Part shown: in pieces, positions 18,258 through 27,478 of the stretch
Layout: every line of letters begins with the position of its first letter
Numbering within the stretch: position 1 is the first letter of the stretch
NCBI GenBank assembly: GCA_035255485.1
Contig: DATEZO010000094.1
Location: forward strand, 2,401-66,400
Direction of reading: 5' to 3'
Length of the DNA: 64,000 nucleotides
DNA from: Burkholderiaceae bacterium
GTDB taxonomy: Bacteria; Pseudomonadota; Gammaproteobacteria; Burkholderiales; Burkholderiaceae_D
Notes under the pieces: generated by a model
The model's input: only the letters and a program-made list of their open reading frames with translations
Database searches by the model: none
Told to the model about the DNA's origin: nothing
Made by a program: the position numbers and the translations under genes

Positions 18258-18872
18258 ATGAAAAGGCGCTACCCGATGTCACTTCGATCCTCCCAACCGT
18301 GCGGCCAGCCCGTCGCCACCCCCAATACCGATGCCGTCTGCGGCACGGGCTGGCCGCGCCTGCTTGCCGGCATCGCCGCAACCGCGCTGATGGTGTCATC
18401 CGCCATTGCATCTCCACAGTCGACGCTTTCCTTGTCACGGTCCATCGATGTGGCGGCGCCAGCCGAAAAAGTCTGGGCCACGATCGGCAACTTTGGCGAC
18501 CTGAGCTACTTTTCCGCTGCGGTCGAGCGCACGGAAATCGTCAAAGGAGAAAATAACCGGATTGGTGCGCAGCGCCGCATCGTCATGAAAGACGGCGGCA
18601 TTATCCTGGAAACCCTGACCGCGCGCGGGGAAAATCCCTACAGCCTGTCTTACCGGATGGATGAGGGAAAGCTGCCGGTATCGGACTACCGCTCGACCAT
18701 CTCGGTGGTGTCGTCCGGCAAGGGTAGCAAGGTCACGTGGCACGGGGAATTCCTGCGCAAGGTTGCAATCGGCACACCTGACAGTCCGAATAGCGGCAAA
18801 GACGCGGTCGATGTCATGGCAGGCATCTATGAGGGTGGCCTGGCGGCGATCAAGCAAGCCGTGGAGCGGTAA
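18258..18872 (+). CDS. Secreted SRPBCC (START/polyketide-cyclase-like) ligand-binding protein
   Basis: Signal-like N-terminus (LLAGIAATALMVSSAIASPQ). IDVAAPAEKVWATIGNFGDL is typical of SRPBCC/Bet v1 folds. Confidence 0.7.
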   Translation: MKRRYPMSLRSSQPCGQPVATPNTDAVCGTGWPRLLAGIAATALMVSSAIASPQSTLSLSRSIDVAAPAEKVWATIGNFGDLSYFSAAVERTEIVKGENNRIGAQRRIVMKDGGIILETLTARGENPYSLSYRMDEGKLPVSDYRSTISVVSSGKGSKVTWHGEFLRKVAIGTPDSPNSGKDAVDVMAGIYEGGLAAIKQAVER

Positions 18873-18977
18873 ACGGTCGGCGAGTATCGGCGGGCGAATG
18901 CGCGATTTGAAATATGGCGTGACGACGATTCGCCCGAGATACCTGCCGCTAACCGTGCTGACGCCGAGTAAAAACAA

Positions 18978-19610
18978 TCACTTTCCCGAAGCAACCGCCA
19001 GCAACTCGCCAAACTCAGCGCAGAGCATCTTGCTTGCGTACCGCGAAAGCGCTTCCGGCTTGGTATATCCCCACGGCACGCCGACGAAATCCAATCCCAG
19101 TGCGTGTGCCGCTTCGGCATCGCGAATCTCGTCGCCGACGCATAGCACCTCGTTCGGCGCCACGCCGCAGCGCTGCAGCGCATGTCTGAATTTCGCCTGC
19201 TTGCCGAAGATCGAGGCGCCGCAGCCGTAGTGGCGAACCAAGGGCGCATTCTCGCTTCCGAGCACACGGACGACGTTGTCTCTGGAATTGGACGTCACCA
19301 CCGCGATATCGACGCCATGCGCCGTCAGCGCACGGAGCACGGCATCGACGCCGTCGAATAGACGTACCGCGTCGATCCGCTTTGCCATGGATTGCCGCAT
19401 GTAGGCGGTGACTACCGGCACCTTCCACAGCGGCAGCGCCAGGTGGGTCATCAACTGCCTGCCGCTGAAGCCGCGTACGTCGTCGAGCCGCGCCGGATCG
19501 ATCGGGTGGAAGCCGTACCTGGCTGCCGCCTCGTTGATCGCCCCCAGGAACCAGGAAAACGAGTCCGCCAGCGTTCCGTCAAAATCGAAAATCACCAGCT
19601 TGTACCGCAT
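18978..19610 (-). CDS. HAD-family hydrolase (phosphoglycolate-phosphatase-like)
   Basis: MRYKLVIFDFDGTLADS motif I and VGDEIRDAEAA motif IV. ATG at 19608-19610. Confidence 0.85.
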   Translation of the reverse strand: MRYKLVIFDFDGTLADSFSWFLGAINEAAARYGFHPIDPARLDDVRGFSGRQLMTHLALPLWKVPVVTAYMRQSMAKRIDAVRLFDGVDAVLRALTAHGVDIAVVTSNSRDNVVRVLGSENAPLVRHYGCGASIFGKQAKFRHALQRCGVAPNEVLCVGDEIRDAEAAHALGLDFVGVPWGYTKPEALSRYASKMLCAEFGELLAVASGK

Positions 19611-19692
19611 GGCCGTCTCCTTTTTTGCTGTAGCAGGCGATGGCGCGATCCCGTTCGGCGGGCAGCGTGCGCCCCGCCGTCGACGCATCCGG

Positions 19693-20163
19693 CTAGCGCG
19701 GGCACACAGGGATGCACAGTTCGCAGTAGAACTCCCCGGTCTTCGCATCGACGGAGAAATCTTCCGGATAATATTCAAACCAGGGGCGGGCATCGTGCTG
19801 CCAGTCGCTGGCTGGCAGCCATTCGCGGCACAACTGCATCCAGGCGTCGCCGATCGCGGCGGCAGCGCCTTTGAATTGCGCGACCGCATAGCGCCCGCCC
19901 GGCAGAACGGCGCGCATGGACGGCGCCTGCACATCAAGGTCGTCGGGTATCTCGACGCCCGCATCGTACCGGCATTGGTCCGGCGGCGTCGCGCTCGGGT
20001 CATCGTGACCGATGCCGTAGCACGGTCGGCCCGTCAGTCCATTTGCGGCCAGCCACGGGGAAAACGTCCCGCGCCAGAATGTGCCGATCGCCGGGCCATA
20101 AGGGCCGATATGACGTTGATAGGCGATGGTCACTCTCGGCAAATCGATGATGCGTACTTCCAC
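19693..20163 (-). CDS. GyrI-like small-molecule-binding domain protein
   Basis: 156 aa. Its pattern (RVTIAYQRHIGPYG...PCYGIGHDDP...RYDAGV...FEYY) is typical of the AraC-effector/GyrI-like fold. Confidence 0.7.
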   Translation of the reverse strand: MEVRIIDLPRVTIAYQRHIGPYGPAIGTFWRGTFSPWLAANGLTGRPCYGIGHDDPSATPPDQCRYDAGVEIPDDLDVQAPSMRAVLPGGRYAVAQFKGAAAAIGDAWMQLCREWLPASDWQHDARPWFEYYPEDFSVDAKTGEFYCELCIPVCPR

Positions 20164-20233
20164 GTTACTTCCTCCATGTCGTTGTTAAACGCCGCCACGG
20201 TGGTCACGCCACCGGCAAGCGCCCAGATCGGAT

Positions 20234-20809
20234 TCAGAAATGATAGTGCAGATTGACGCTCAGCATCGAGGCCTCGGTCTTCTTCGAGACCATGCCATAG
20301 CGGTCCAGGTCGAGGCTTCCCACCAGGTTGGGCGTCAACGCATATTCGGCGCCGATGCTGCCCAGCGTCAGGTTCTTCTTGTTGCCCTTCAATTCGTCGA
20401 GCGCCGCGTTCGATCGGGAAGCGGTCGTGCGGCCGTAGGCGAGTGCCAGCTTGGCCGTCAGCGCAAAGCGATCATTCAGCGGCAGGCGTCCGGTACCGGC
20501 AACATAGAAGGCTTCCGCGCGGCCCTTGAACGTTCCGGCGGCGTAGGTGTTCTCGATCCTGCCGAGATTGGCGTAACCGACCTCGGCGCCCCAGTGCGGG
20601 GTGATGCGATAGCCGGCGTAGATCTTTTGCGCGGCAGCCCGCTTGTCGGTGTGATTGGCCGAGGTCGCCAGCGCGTCATAATCGCGGAAGCTGCCGCCGA
20701 GGCCGACACCGACATACGGCCCGACCGAGGCATCCGCGCAGGCGGCATTGGCGAGCATCAGTAGAATGACGGCCGGAATGGATTTGTTCAACATGGTGCG
20801 TTTCTCCAT
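20234..20809 (-). CDS. Small outer-membrane beta-barrel protein (OmpA-like barrel / porin family)
   Basis: Signal peptide (AVILLMLANAACA), alternating beta-strand pattern, C-terminal ..NLHYHF. Confidence 0.8.
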   Translation of the reverse strand: MEKRTMLNKSIPAVILLMLANAACADASVGPYVGVGLGGSFRDYDALATSANHTDKRAAAQKIYAGYRITPHWGAEVGYANLGRIENTYAAGTFKGRAEAFYVAGTGRLPLNDRFALTAKLALAYGRTTASRSNAALDELKGNKKNLTLGSIGAEYALTPNLVGSLDLDRYGMVSKKTEASMLSVNLHYHF

Positions 20810-20871
20810 AAACAGTCAAAAGCGACTGCGGGAATTGTCGGCGGCGCATCTTAAGAAAATTTAAATGTGAG

Positions 20872-20888
20872 CTTAAGGTTTCCTTAAA
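20872..20888. promoter_or_regulatory. PmrA/BasR-type direct repeat CTTAAG-N5-CTTAAA (third CTTAAG at 20850-20855)
   Basis: Matches the YTTAAK-N5-YTTAAK architecture. Lies in the 101-nt divergent region between the OMP gene and the response regulator. Confidence 0.45.
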
Positions 20889-20910
20889 GCTCGGTTGCTA
20901 CACTTCTGCC

Positions 20911-21567
20911 ATGAACATCTGTTTGATCGAAGACGATTTGGCGCTCGGGCGCGCGTTGCAGTCGGCATTGCAGGATGCCGGCGAGGAGGTGCTGTGGGTA
21001 CGGCGCGCCGCAGATGCGCGGCATTGGGTCGGCGAGCAGCCGTTCGATGCGGTGCTGCTCGACCTCGGTCTGCCGGACGGCAGCGGGATCGACGTGCTGC
21101 GCGACTTGCGCAGTGACGGCCACACCGTGCCGATCCTGATCATCACCGCGCGCGACGGCCTCGACGACCGGCTGCGCGGGCTCGATACCGGCGCCGACGA
21201 TTACCTGGTCAAGCCGTTTGCGACCGCCGAGCTGCTCGCGCGCGTGCGCGCCGTGGTACGTCGTGCCCACGGCTGGAGCGACTCCGGCGAACCGGTGTGG
21301 AAACTCAAGGATCTTGTTCTCGACGACAAGCGCATGACACTTCTGCGCGGCGGCGTCGCGATCGCCCTGTCCAAATCGGAATTCGCGCTGCTGCATACCT
21401 TGATGCGGCAGCCGGGCATGGTGCTGACGCGGCGTACGCTGGAGGCGCGGGCGCTGCCCAACAGCGAAGGGCAATCGCTCGATGTGCACATGTCCAATTT
21501 ACGCAGGAAGATCGGGGACGGCTACATCCGCACCGTGCGGGGCGTCGGCTACGTGGCGGAAAAATGA
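20911..21567 (+). CDS. OmpR/PhoB-family response regulator (QseB/PmrA-like)
   Basis: Receiver domain (IEDD...LLDLGLPDG...KPF) plus a winged-helix domain (LDVHMSNLRRKIG..IRTVRGVGY). Confidence 0.95.
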   Translation: MNICLIEDDLALGRALQSALQDAGEEVLWVRRAADARHWVGEQPFDAVLLDLGLPDGSGIDVLRDLRSDGHTVPILIITARDGLDDRLRGLDTGADDYLVKPFATAELLARVRAVVRRAHGWSDSGEPVWKLKDLVLDDKRMTLLRGGVAIALSKSEFALLHTLMRQPGMVLTRRTLEARALPNSEGQSLDVHMSNLRRKIGDGYIRTVRGVGYVAEK

Positions 21568-23069
21568 AGCGGCTCGGCGCTATTTTCCGACGCACACCCG
21601 TTCGCCCGAGCCGTGCCGGAAAGCCGCCTCGCGCAACGGGATACGGCGCCCATCCCGCGTCCGACGCCAGCCAGGAAAGCCGCTGGAAGCGCTCGCTGTT
21701 TTTGCGGCTGATGCTCGGGATGATGACCGCGATGTTCCTCGTCTGGCTGTGCGTGCTGGGCTGGGGAATATATGCCGCGGTGCAGGACGGCAATCAGGAC
21801 TTGTATCGGCAACTGCGGACGACCGCCCGGCAGATACTGGTCGGGATGGTGGCGCTGGCCGACCGTCCCGGACAAATGCGGCAGGTCGCGCAGCAAGTGG
21901 AGCGCCTCGGAAATGCGCAGGACAAATCCGGCGGTTGGCTCGACACATCCTTGTTCGTCGACGTATGGGAAGGCCGCCGGCTGATCTATGGCGCGCCGCA
22001 GCGCGATCCGCACGACGTGCACCAGCCGGCGCTGCCGCAAGACAAGCGCATCGCCTGGACGGAGCGCGATCCCGCATCGGACATCACCGTGCGGGTTTCC
22101 ATCAACAAGGTCGATACCGCCATTCTGTCGCCGTCGAGCATCGGCTTTTTCTTCCTGCCGTTGTTGCTGAGCTTTCCGTTCCTCGTGATCCCGACATGGT
22201 TCGCGATCAAGATCGGCTTGCGCCCGCTCCGCCACATCAGCGACGAGATCGCGGGGCGTGCCGCCTCCGACCTGTCGCCGCTGACCGCGCCGGTTCATAG
22301 CGAGTTGCTGCCGCTGGTCGCCTCCGTCAATCGCTTGATGGCACGACTGAAGGAGCGCCTCGACCGCGAGCAGGACTTCCTGGCCGATGCCGCGCATGAA
22401 CTGAAGACGCCGCTGGCGGTGATCCAGGTCAACGCCGAATCGATGGCGAGTACGACTGATCGCGTTCGCCTGCGAGAAGCGAAGGACGGGTTGTCGCACG
22501 GCGTGGCGCGCGCCACCCGCGCGGTACACCAGCTGCTGTCGCTCGCGCGCGCCAAGGCCGATGCCGGCAAGCAGGCGCTGCAGGCAATCGACCTGGTCGA
22601 GCTGGTGCGCGACCGCATGGCGCAGTACCTGCCTCTGGCATGGCCCAGAAATATCGAGCTCGAACTGCATTCGGAGGAACGGCGGGTGCTATGGCTGCAT
22701 CGCGCCAGCGTGGTCTCGTTGATCGACAACCTGCTCGACAATGCCGTCAAGTATTCGCCGGACGGCGGCATGGTCACGGTGCGCATCGAGCGCCATGCGG
22801 ACGCCACGCGACTGATCGTCGCCGACGAAGGGCCGGGCATTGCGCCGGCATTCCGCGACAAGGTATTCGAGCGTTTTTTCCGCGCCCCCGGACAGGAGCA
22901 GACCGGCAGCGGCCTCGGCCTGTCGATCGCGCAAGCAGCGGCGGCGCAAAACCATGCCGCGATCCGCCTCGATGTCGGCACCCGCAGCGCCGGGCTGGCC
23001 GTGACGGTGGATTTCGCAGGTGGTTCAGTGATGACGGAAAGCGATACGGAGGCGCGCGCGGCGAAATAG
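21564..23069 (+). CDS. Sensor histidine kinase
   Basis: ATGA overlap with the RR stop. Two TM segments, H-box FLADAAHELKTPLA, N/G boxes (DNAVKYSP, DEGPGI, GSGLGLSI). Confidence 0.9.
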   Translation: MKRLGAIFRRTPVRPSRAGKPPRATGYGAHPASDASQESRWKRSLFLRLMLGMMTAMFLVWLCVLGWGIYAAVQDGNQDLYRQLRTTARQILVGMVALADRPGQMRQVAQQVERLGNAQDKSGGWLDTSLFVDVWEGRRLIYGAPQRDPHDVHQPALPQDKRIAWTERDPASDITVRVSINKVDTAILSPSSIGFFFLPLLLSFPFLVIPTWFAIKIGLRPLRHISDEIAGRAASDLSPLTAPVHSELLPLVASVNRLMARLKERLDREQDFLADAAHELKTPLAVIQVNAESMASTTDRVRLREAKDGLSHGVARATRAVHQLLSLARAKADAGKQALQAIDLVELVRDRMAQYLPLAWPRNIELELHSEERRVLWLHRASVVSLIDNLLDNAVKYSPDGGMVTVRIERHADATRLIVADEGPGIAPAFRDKVFERFFRAPGQEQTGSGLGLSIAQAAAAQNHAAIRLDVGTRSAGLAVTVDFAGGSVMTESDTEARAAK

Positions 23070-23083
23070 AGCGGATTGCCGGA

Positions 23084-24223
23084 TCAATGCCGTTTGCCGA
23101 ACATCATGTGCTCGGCCAGCATGCGTTTGACCGGCTTGAGAAGGTCTAAAATGCCTAGCGACATGCTGAGCGCACCTTGCGGCAGCGCGCCGCCCGGAGC
23201 ACTGGCGAACACGCGCGCCAGGGCATCGGTCAACGTGACTGTCATACTGCGGTCGGACTGACGGGCCTGTGCAAACCGCAACAGCATTTCGGGCGTTGCC
23301 TGCCGCGCCAGTAGTCCTGCCAGCACCGCTGCGTCGCGCAGGCCGAGGTTGAAACCCTGCCCCGCGACGGGGTGCAGGGTTTGCGCCGCGTTGCCTATTG
23401 CCACGGTCCGCGCCGATGTTGCGGGATGCGCATTCAGGCCAAGCGGGAATGCATTGCGCCGCGAGACACTGACGAAGCGGCCCAGGCGCGTGCCGAATGC
23501 GTTTTCCAGCTCGGTTAAAAAAGCGGCATCCGGTAATGCGATCAACTTGTCGATGCTCGCCGGCTTGCCGCACCATGCCAGCGCGTAGCCGCTGTCCTCC
23601 GGCAATAGCGCCAGTGGCCCTTCATCGGTAAATCGCTCGAATGCGCGATGCGTTATCGGCGCGCTGGCGGCGACATGCGCAATCAGCGCAGTTTGGCCGT
23701 AATCACGGCGCAGCGGCTTTGCGGTTTGCCCGGCAAACAAGCCGCCTTCGGCTTGCACCAGGATATCGGCGGTGAATGCGCGTCCATCGGCCAGCCGCAG
23801 CGCGACCGCATCCTTGCCCTCGGTAGTGGCGCTCACGTGCGCCGGCCGGATAGCGGTGAGGCCAAGGTTGCCGGTGGCTGCCGCAAGCGCCGCGATCAAT
23901 GTGCCGTAGCGGGTGACATAGCCAAGCGCCGGCAATGCGTACTCGTCGCGGTCGATCAGGGTGCGGCCGAAGTGGCCGCGGCGCGATACATGGATTTGAT
24001 GAATGGCGGTGGCGGCGATCGGCCACGCGCCGATCTCTTCCAGCATCTGCTTGCTGCCATAGGACAGGGCGATAGAGCGCGGGTCCTGGGCGGCTTGTTC
24101 CAGTGCCTTGGCATCGATCAAGGCGATCCGCGCCGGCGATGCGCCGCGTTGCACCAGCATGGCCGCCAGCGCCAGGCCCACCGGGCCCGCACCGCAAATC
24201 GCCATATCGAAATCTGACGTCAT
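23084..24223 (-). CDS. UbiH/UbiF/VisC/COQ6-family FAD-dependent ubiquinone hydroxylase
   Basis: DMAICGAGPVGLALAAML dinucleotide fold and GNAAQTLHPVAGQGFNLG motif. Sits in the conserved pepP-ubiH context. Confidence 0.85.
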   Translation of the reverse strand: MTSDFDMAICGAGPVGLALAAMLVQRGASPARIALIDAKALEQAAQDPRSIALSYGSKQMLEEIGAWPIAATAIHQIHVSRRGHFGRTLIDRDEYALPALGYVTRYGTLIAALAAATGNLGLTAIRPAHVSATTEGKDAVALRLADGRAFTADILVQAEGGLFAGQTAKPLRRDYGQTALIAHVAASAPITHRAFERFTDEGPLALLPEDSGYALAWCGKPASIDKLIALPDAAFLTELENAFGTRLGRFVSVSRRNAFPLGLNAHPATSARTVAIGNAAQTLHPVAGQGFNLGLRDAAVLAGLLARQATPEMLLRFAQARQSDRSMTVTLTDALARVFASAPGGALPQGALSMSLGILDLLKPVKRMLAEHMMFGKRH

Positions 24224-25566
24224 TATTTGCTTCTCATCAGCGCTTCGATTTCCGTCACGTCCTTGGGCGCATCGCAGCTCAGCACGTCGCAGCCATTCTC
24301 GGTAATCACCACGTCGTCCTCGATCCGGATACCGATATTCCAGTACTGTTCCGGCACGCCCGGCGCGGGACGCACATAAAGGCCCGGCTCGACCGTCAGC
24401 GCCATTCCGGGCTGCAGGATGCGCCACGGCTTGTCGGCGCCCTCCGCCGCGCGGCCCGATTCACGGTATCCGCCAACGTCATGCACATCCATGCCGATCC
24501 AGTGACCGGTTCGATGCATGTAGAACGGGCGATACTCGCCCTTGGCGATGATATCGTCCAGCGTTCCGGCCTTGTTGCCGTCCAGCAGACCGGTATCGAG
24601 CATGCCTTGCGCCAGGACCCTGACTGCTGCATCGTGCCCGTCCGCGATGCTGCGGCCGGGAACGGCTTCGGCGATTGCCGCCGCCTGCGCTGCCAGAACA
24701 ATCTCGTACAGCGCTCTTTGCGGGCCGGTGAAAACGCCGTTGGCCGGATAGGTGCGCGTAATGTCGGAGGCATAGCCGTCCAGCTCGCAACCGGCATCGA
24801 TCAGCACCAGATCCCCGTCTTTCAGCACCGTATTGCCGGCCCGGTAATGCAGCACGCAGGCGTTGGCGCCGGCCGCAACGATGGAGGTATAGGCGGGAGA
24901 GTCGGAGCCGTGTCTTCGGAATTCATGGAGCAGTTCCGCTTCGACCTGGTATTCATGCAGGCCGGGACGCGAGTGGCGCATCGCGCGCGCATGCGCGCCG
25001 GCGGAAATCGCGGCGGCGCGCCGCATGATTGCTATTTCGCCCGCATCCTTGAACAGGCGCATCTCATCGAGCAGCGCCTGCACATCATGCAGCGCCGAAG
25101 GCGCGCTGGCGCCGGTGCGCGCCTGCAAGCGTACCGCAGCGAGCCAGTTCTGCACTTGCGCATTGAGCGCGGCATGCTGGCCGAACGCATAAAAAAGCGC
25201 TGGCGTGCGGGCTATCAGCCTGGGCAGCTCGATATCGAGTGCCGTGATCGGAAAGGCCATATCGAAACCGAACATGCTGCACGCGGCATCGGGGCCGTAG
25301 CGGAAGCCGTCCCAGATTTCGCGCTCCATGTTTTTCTCGCGGCAAAACAGGAGGGACTGCGTCGTTTTTCCGGCGACCAGCACGATCACCGCTTCCGGTT
25401 CGCCGAAGCCGGAAAGATAATAAAAATAACTGTCGTGCCGGTACGGATAATCGGAATCGCTGTTGCGCTTGACTTCCGGCGCGGTTGGAATAATGGCGAT
25501 GCCGCCGCCTTTGGCCTGCATGTGCGCCATCAGCGCTGCGCGCCTGGCTGCATAGGATGTCATCAT
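24223..25566 (-). CDS. pepP: Xaa-Pro aminopeptidase
   Basis: M24B motifs (DGYASDITRT, HRTGHWIGMDVHD, EPGLY). Confidence 0.9.
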   Translation of the reverse strand: MMTSYAARRAALMAHMQAKGGGIAIIPTAPEVKRNSDSDYPYRHDSYFYYLSGFGEPEAVIVLVAGKTTQSLLFCREKNMEREIWDGFRYGPDAACSMFGFDMAFPITALDIELPRLIARTPALFYAFGQHAALNAQVQNWLAAVRLQARTGASAPSALHDVQALLDEMRLFKDAGEIAIMRRAAAISAGAHARAMRHSRPGLHEYQVEAELLHEFRRHGSDSPAYTSIVAAGANACVLHYRAGNTVLKDGDLVLIDAGCELDGYASDITRTYPANGVFTGPQRALYEIVLAAQAAAIAEAVPGRSIADGHDAAVRVLAQGMLDTGLLDGNKAGTLDDIIAKGEYRPFYMHRTGHWIGMDVHDVGGYRESGRAAEGADKPWRILQPGMALTVEPGLYVRPAPGVPEQYWNIGIRIEDDVVITENGCDVLSCDAPKDVTEIEALMRSK

Positions 25567-26279
25567 CGGGATCTTTCCGTCAAAGACGCATTCAGTTGCG
25601 CCAATTGCTCCACCGTGCCGACATTGAACCAGTCGCCGCGATACAGTTCGCCGCCGATCCGGCCGCTGGCCGCGAATTCATACAGCAAAGGCCCGAGCTT
25701 GGCATGGCTGCCCGGCGCGATCGTATCGAACATTTCCGGCCGGTAGACACCGATATTGGCGAAGGTGTGCATCGGCTCGCCCTTGGCCGTAATCGAGAAA
25801 TTGTTCAAGGCAAAATCGCCGTTTGGATGATATGGCGGATTTTTCACCAGATACAGCCAGGCAATGTCGCGCTTGTCATGCGGATGCGGATTGCCCCACA
25901 CGTCATTGTTTTCCAGTACGCTTTTTACCTGTTCGAAATTGAAGTGCGGACAATAGATATCGCCGGATATCGCGACAAATGGGTCTTCTCCCAGCAGGTT
26001 GCGCGCCTTTGCGATGCCACCCGCGGTTTCCAGTGCCGTGCTTTCGGCCGAATACGCGATGCGCGCACCGAAGCGCGAACCGTCGCCGAGGGCTTCCTCG
26101 ACCATGTGTCCGAGATGGGCGTGGTTGATCACGATGTCGGTGATGCCGGCGCGTACCAGATTCACGACATGCCAGACCAGCAACGGTCGGCCGCGCACTT
26201 TCAGCAACGGCTTGGGGCAGGTATCGGTCAGCGGACGCATCCGTTCGCCGCGTCCGGCGGCAAAAATCATGGCTTTCAT
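25563..26279 (-). CDS. murU: N-acetylmuramate alpha-1-phosphate uridylyltransferase-like nucleotidyltransferase
   Basis: MKAMIFAAGRGERMRPLTDTCPKPLL sugar-nucleotidyltransferase motif. Paired with amgK next to lptD, as in Pseudomonas. Confidence 0.8.
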   Translation of the reverse strand: MKAMIFAAGRGERMRPLTDTCPKPLLKVRGRPLLVWHVVNLVRAGITDIVINHAHLGHMVEEALGDGSRFGARIAYSAESTALETAGGIAKARNLLGEDPFVAISGDIYCPHFNFEQVKSVLENNDVWGNPHPHDKRDIAWLYLVKNPPYHPNGDFALNNFSITAKGEPMHTFANIGVYRPEMFDTIAPGSHAKLGPLLYEFAASGRIGGELYRGDWFNVGTVEQLAQLNASLTERSR

Positions 26280-26344
26280 GTAAGGCCTGTCATCAATGGC
26301 TTCGGGAGTGCGGATGGATCGTATGCGCGGCACGCCCTTGCGAA

Positions 26345-27370
26345 TCAAAATGTATAGCCAACCTGCGGTGTCTTTTGCTCCAGTTCATCCAGCAGCTTCG
26401 CCAGCGGCGTCAATTCCTTATAGCGCCGGGCGGCGTTGCGCGTGTATTCCATGACTAGCGGTAGATCCTGCAGGTAGGCATCCTTGCCGTCGCGGTGATA
26501 CAGGCGGGCGAAAATGCCGAGTACCTTCAGATGGCGCTGCACACCCATGAATTCAAAATCGCGATAGAACGTATCGATATCCGGATTGACCGGCAAACCG
26601 GCGCGCCTGGCTCTTTCCCAGTAGCGGATGGCCCAGTCGAGCACCATTTCCTCATCCCATTGAACATAGGCATCGCGCAACAGCGATACCAGATCGTAGG
26701 TGATCGGCCCGTATACCGCGTCCTGAAAGTCAAGGATGCCGGGATTGCCTTTTTGCATCACCATCAGGTTGCGTGAATGATAATCGCGATGCACATGCAC
26801 TTGCGGCTGCGCCAGATTGTTTGCCAGCAATGCGTCGAATACCTTGTCGAGTAGCGCCGATTGCTGATCCGATAATGTCATGCCGAGATGCTTGCCAATA
26901 TACCATTCAGGAAACAGCCTTAGTTCACGCAACAGCAAGGCGCGGTCATATTCGGGCAGCATATCCGGCTGGCTGTGCGCCTGTATCAATACCAGTGCAT
27001 CGATGGCATCCAGATACAGCTTGTGCGCGGTATCGTGGTTCAACTGCTGCAGATAGGTGGTCGACCCCAGATCGCTCAATAACAGGAAGCCGCGCTCGAC
27101 ATCCTGCGCCAGCACGGTGGGAACCGAGACGCCGGATTGGCTAAACAGAGCGGCCACATGAATGAAAGGCCGCACATCTTCCTGCGGCGGCGGCGCATCC
27201 ATTACGATGCAAGTGCTTCCATCGCTGCAGGTGGCGCGAAAATAGCGGCGAAAGCTGGCATCCGATGATGCCGGGCGGATTGATTCTGGATCGACTGCAA
27301 GACTTGGCACAGTGGCTAGCCATTGTTTTAACTGGATAAAACGGGTATCGGGCGGGGTAGAAGAAGACAT
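26345..27370 (-). CDS. amgK: Anomeric MurNAc/GlcNAc kinase (aminoglycoside-phosphotransferase fold)
   Basis: APH-type catalytic loop VHRDYHSRNLM and DFQDAV motif. 4-nt overlap with murU. Confidence 0.8.
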   Translation of the reverse strand: MSSSTPPDTRFIQLKQWLATVPSLAVDPESIRPASSDASFRRYFRATCSDGSTCIVMDAPPPQEDVRPFIHVAALFSQSGVSVPTVLAQDVERGFLLLSDLGSTTYLQQLNHDTAHKLYLDAIDALVLIQAHSQPDMLPEYDRALLLRELRLFPEWYIGKHLGMTLSDQQSALLDKVFDALLANNLAQPQVHVHRDYHSRNLMVMQKGNPGILDFQDAVYGPITYDLVSLLRDAYVQWDEEMVLDWAIRYWERARRAGLPVNPDIDTFYRDFEFMGVQRHLKVLGIFARLYHRDGKDAYLQDLPLVMEYTRNAARRYKELTPLAKLLDELEQKTPQVGYTF

Positions 27371-27478
27371 GAACGGCCTGGAGAAACGGATTGAGGATTT
27401 TGACTTCCCATATAATAAGGGATTAAACCTAAAAAATCGCCTGCAAGGCGTTCACTCAGTGCCTGTTTCCATTCTTTC

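Noticed and set aside
21564-21710. Unusual Arg/Pro-rich cytoplasmic extension of about 48 aa at the N-terminus of the histidine kinase
   Set aside because: It may simply reflect uncertainty in the start codon. The ATGA overlap with the regulator favours 21564, but no independent evidence supports a functional domain, so it is not reported as a finding.
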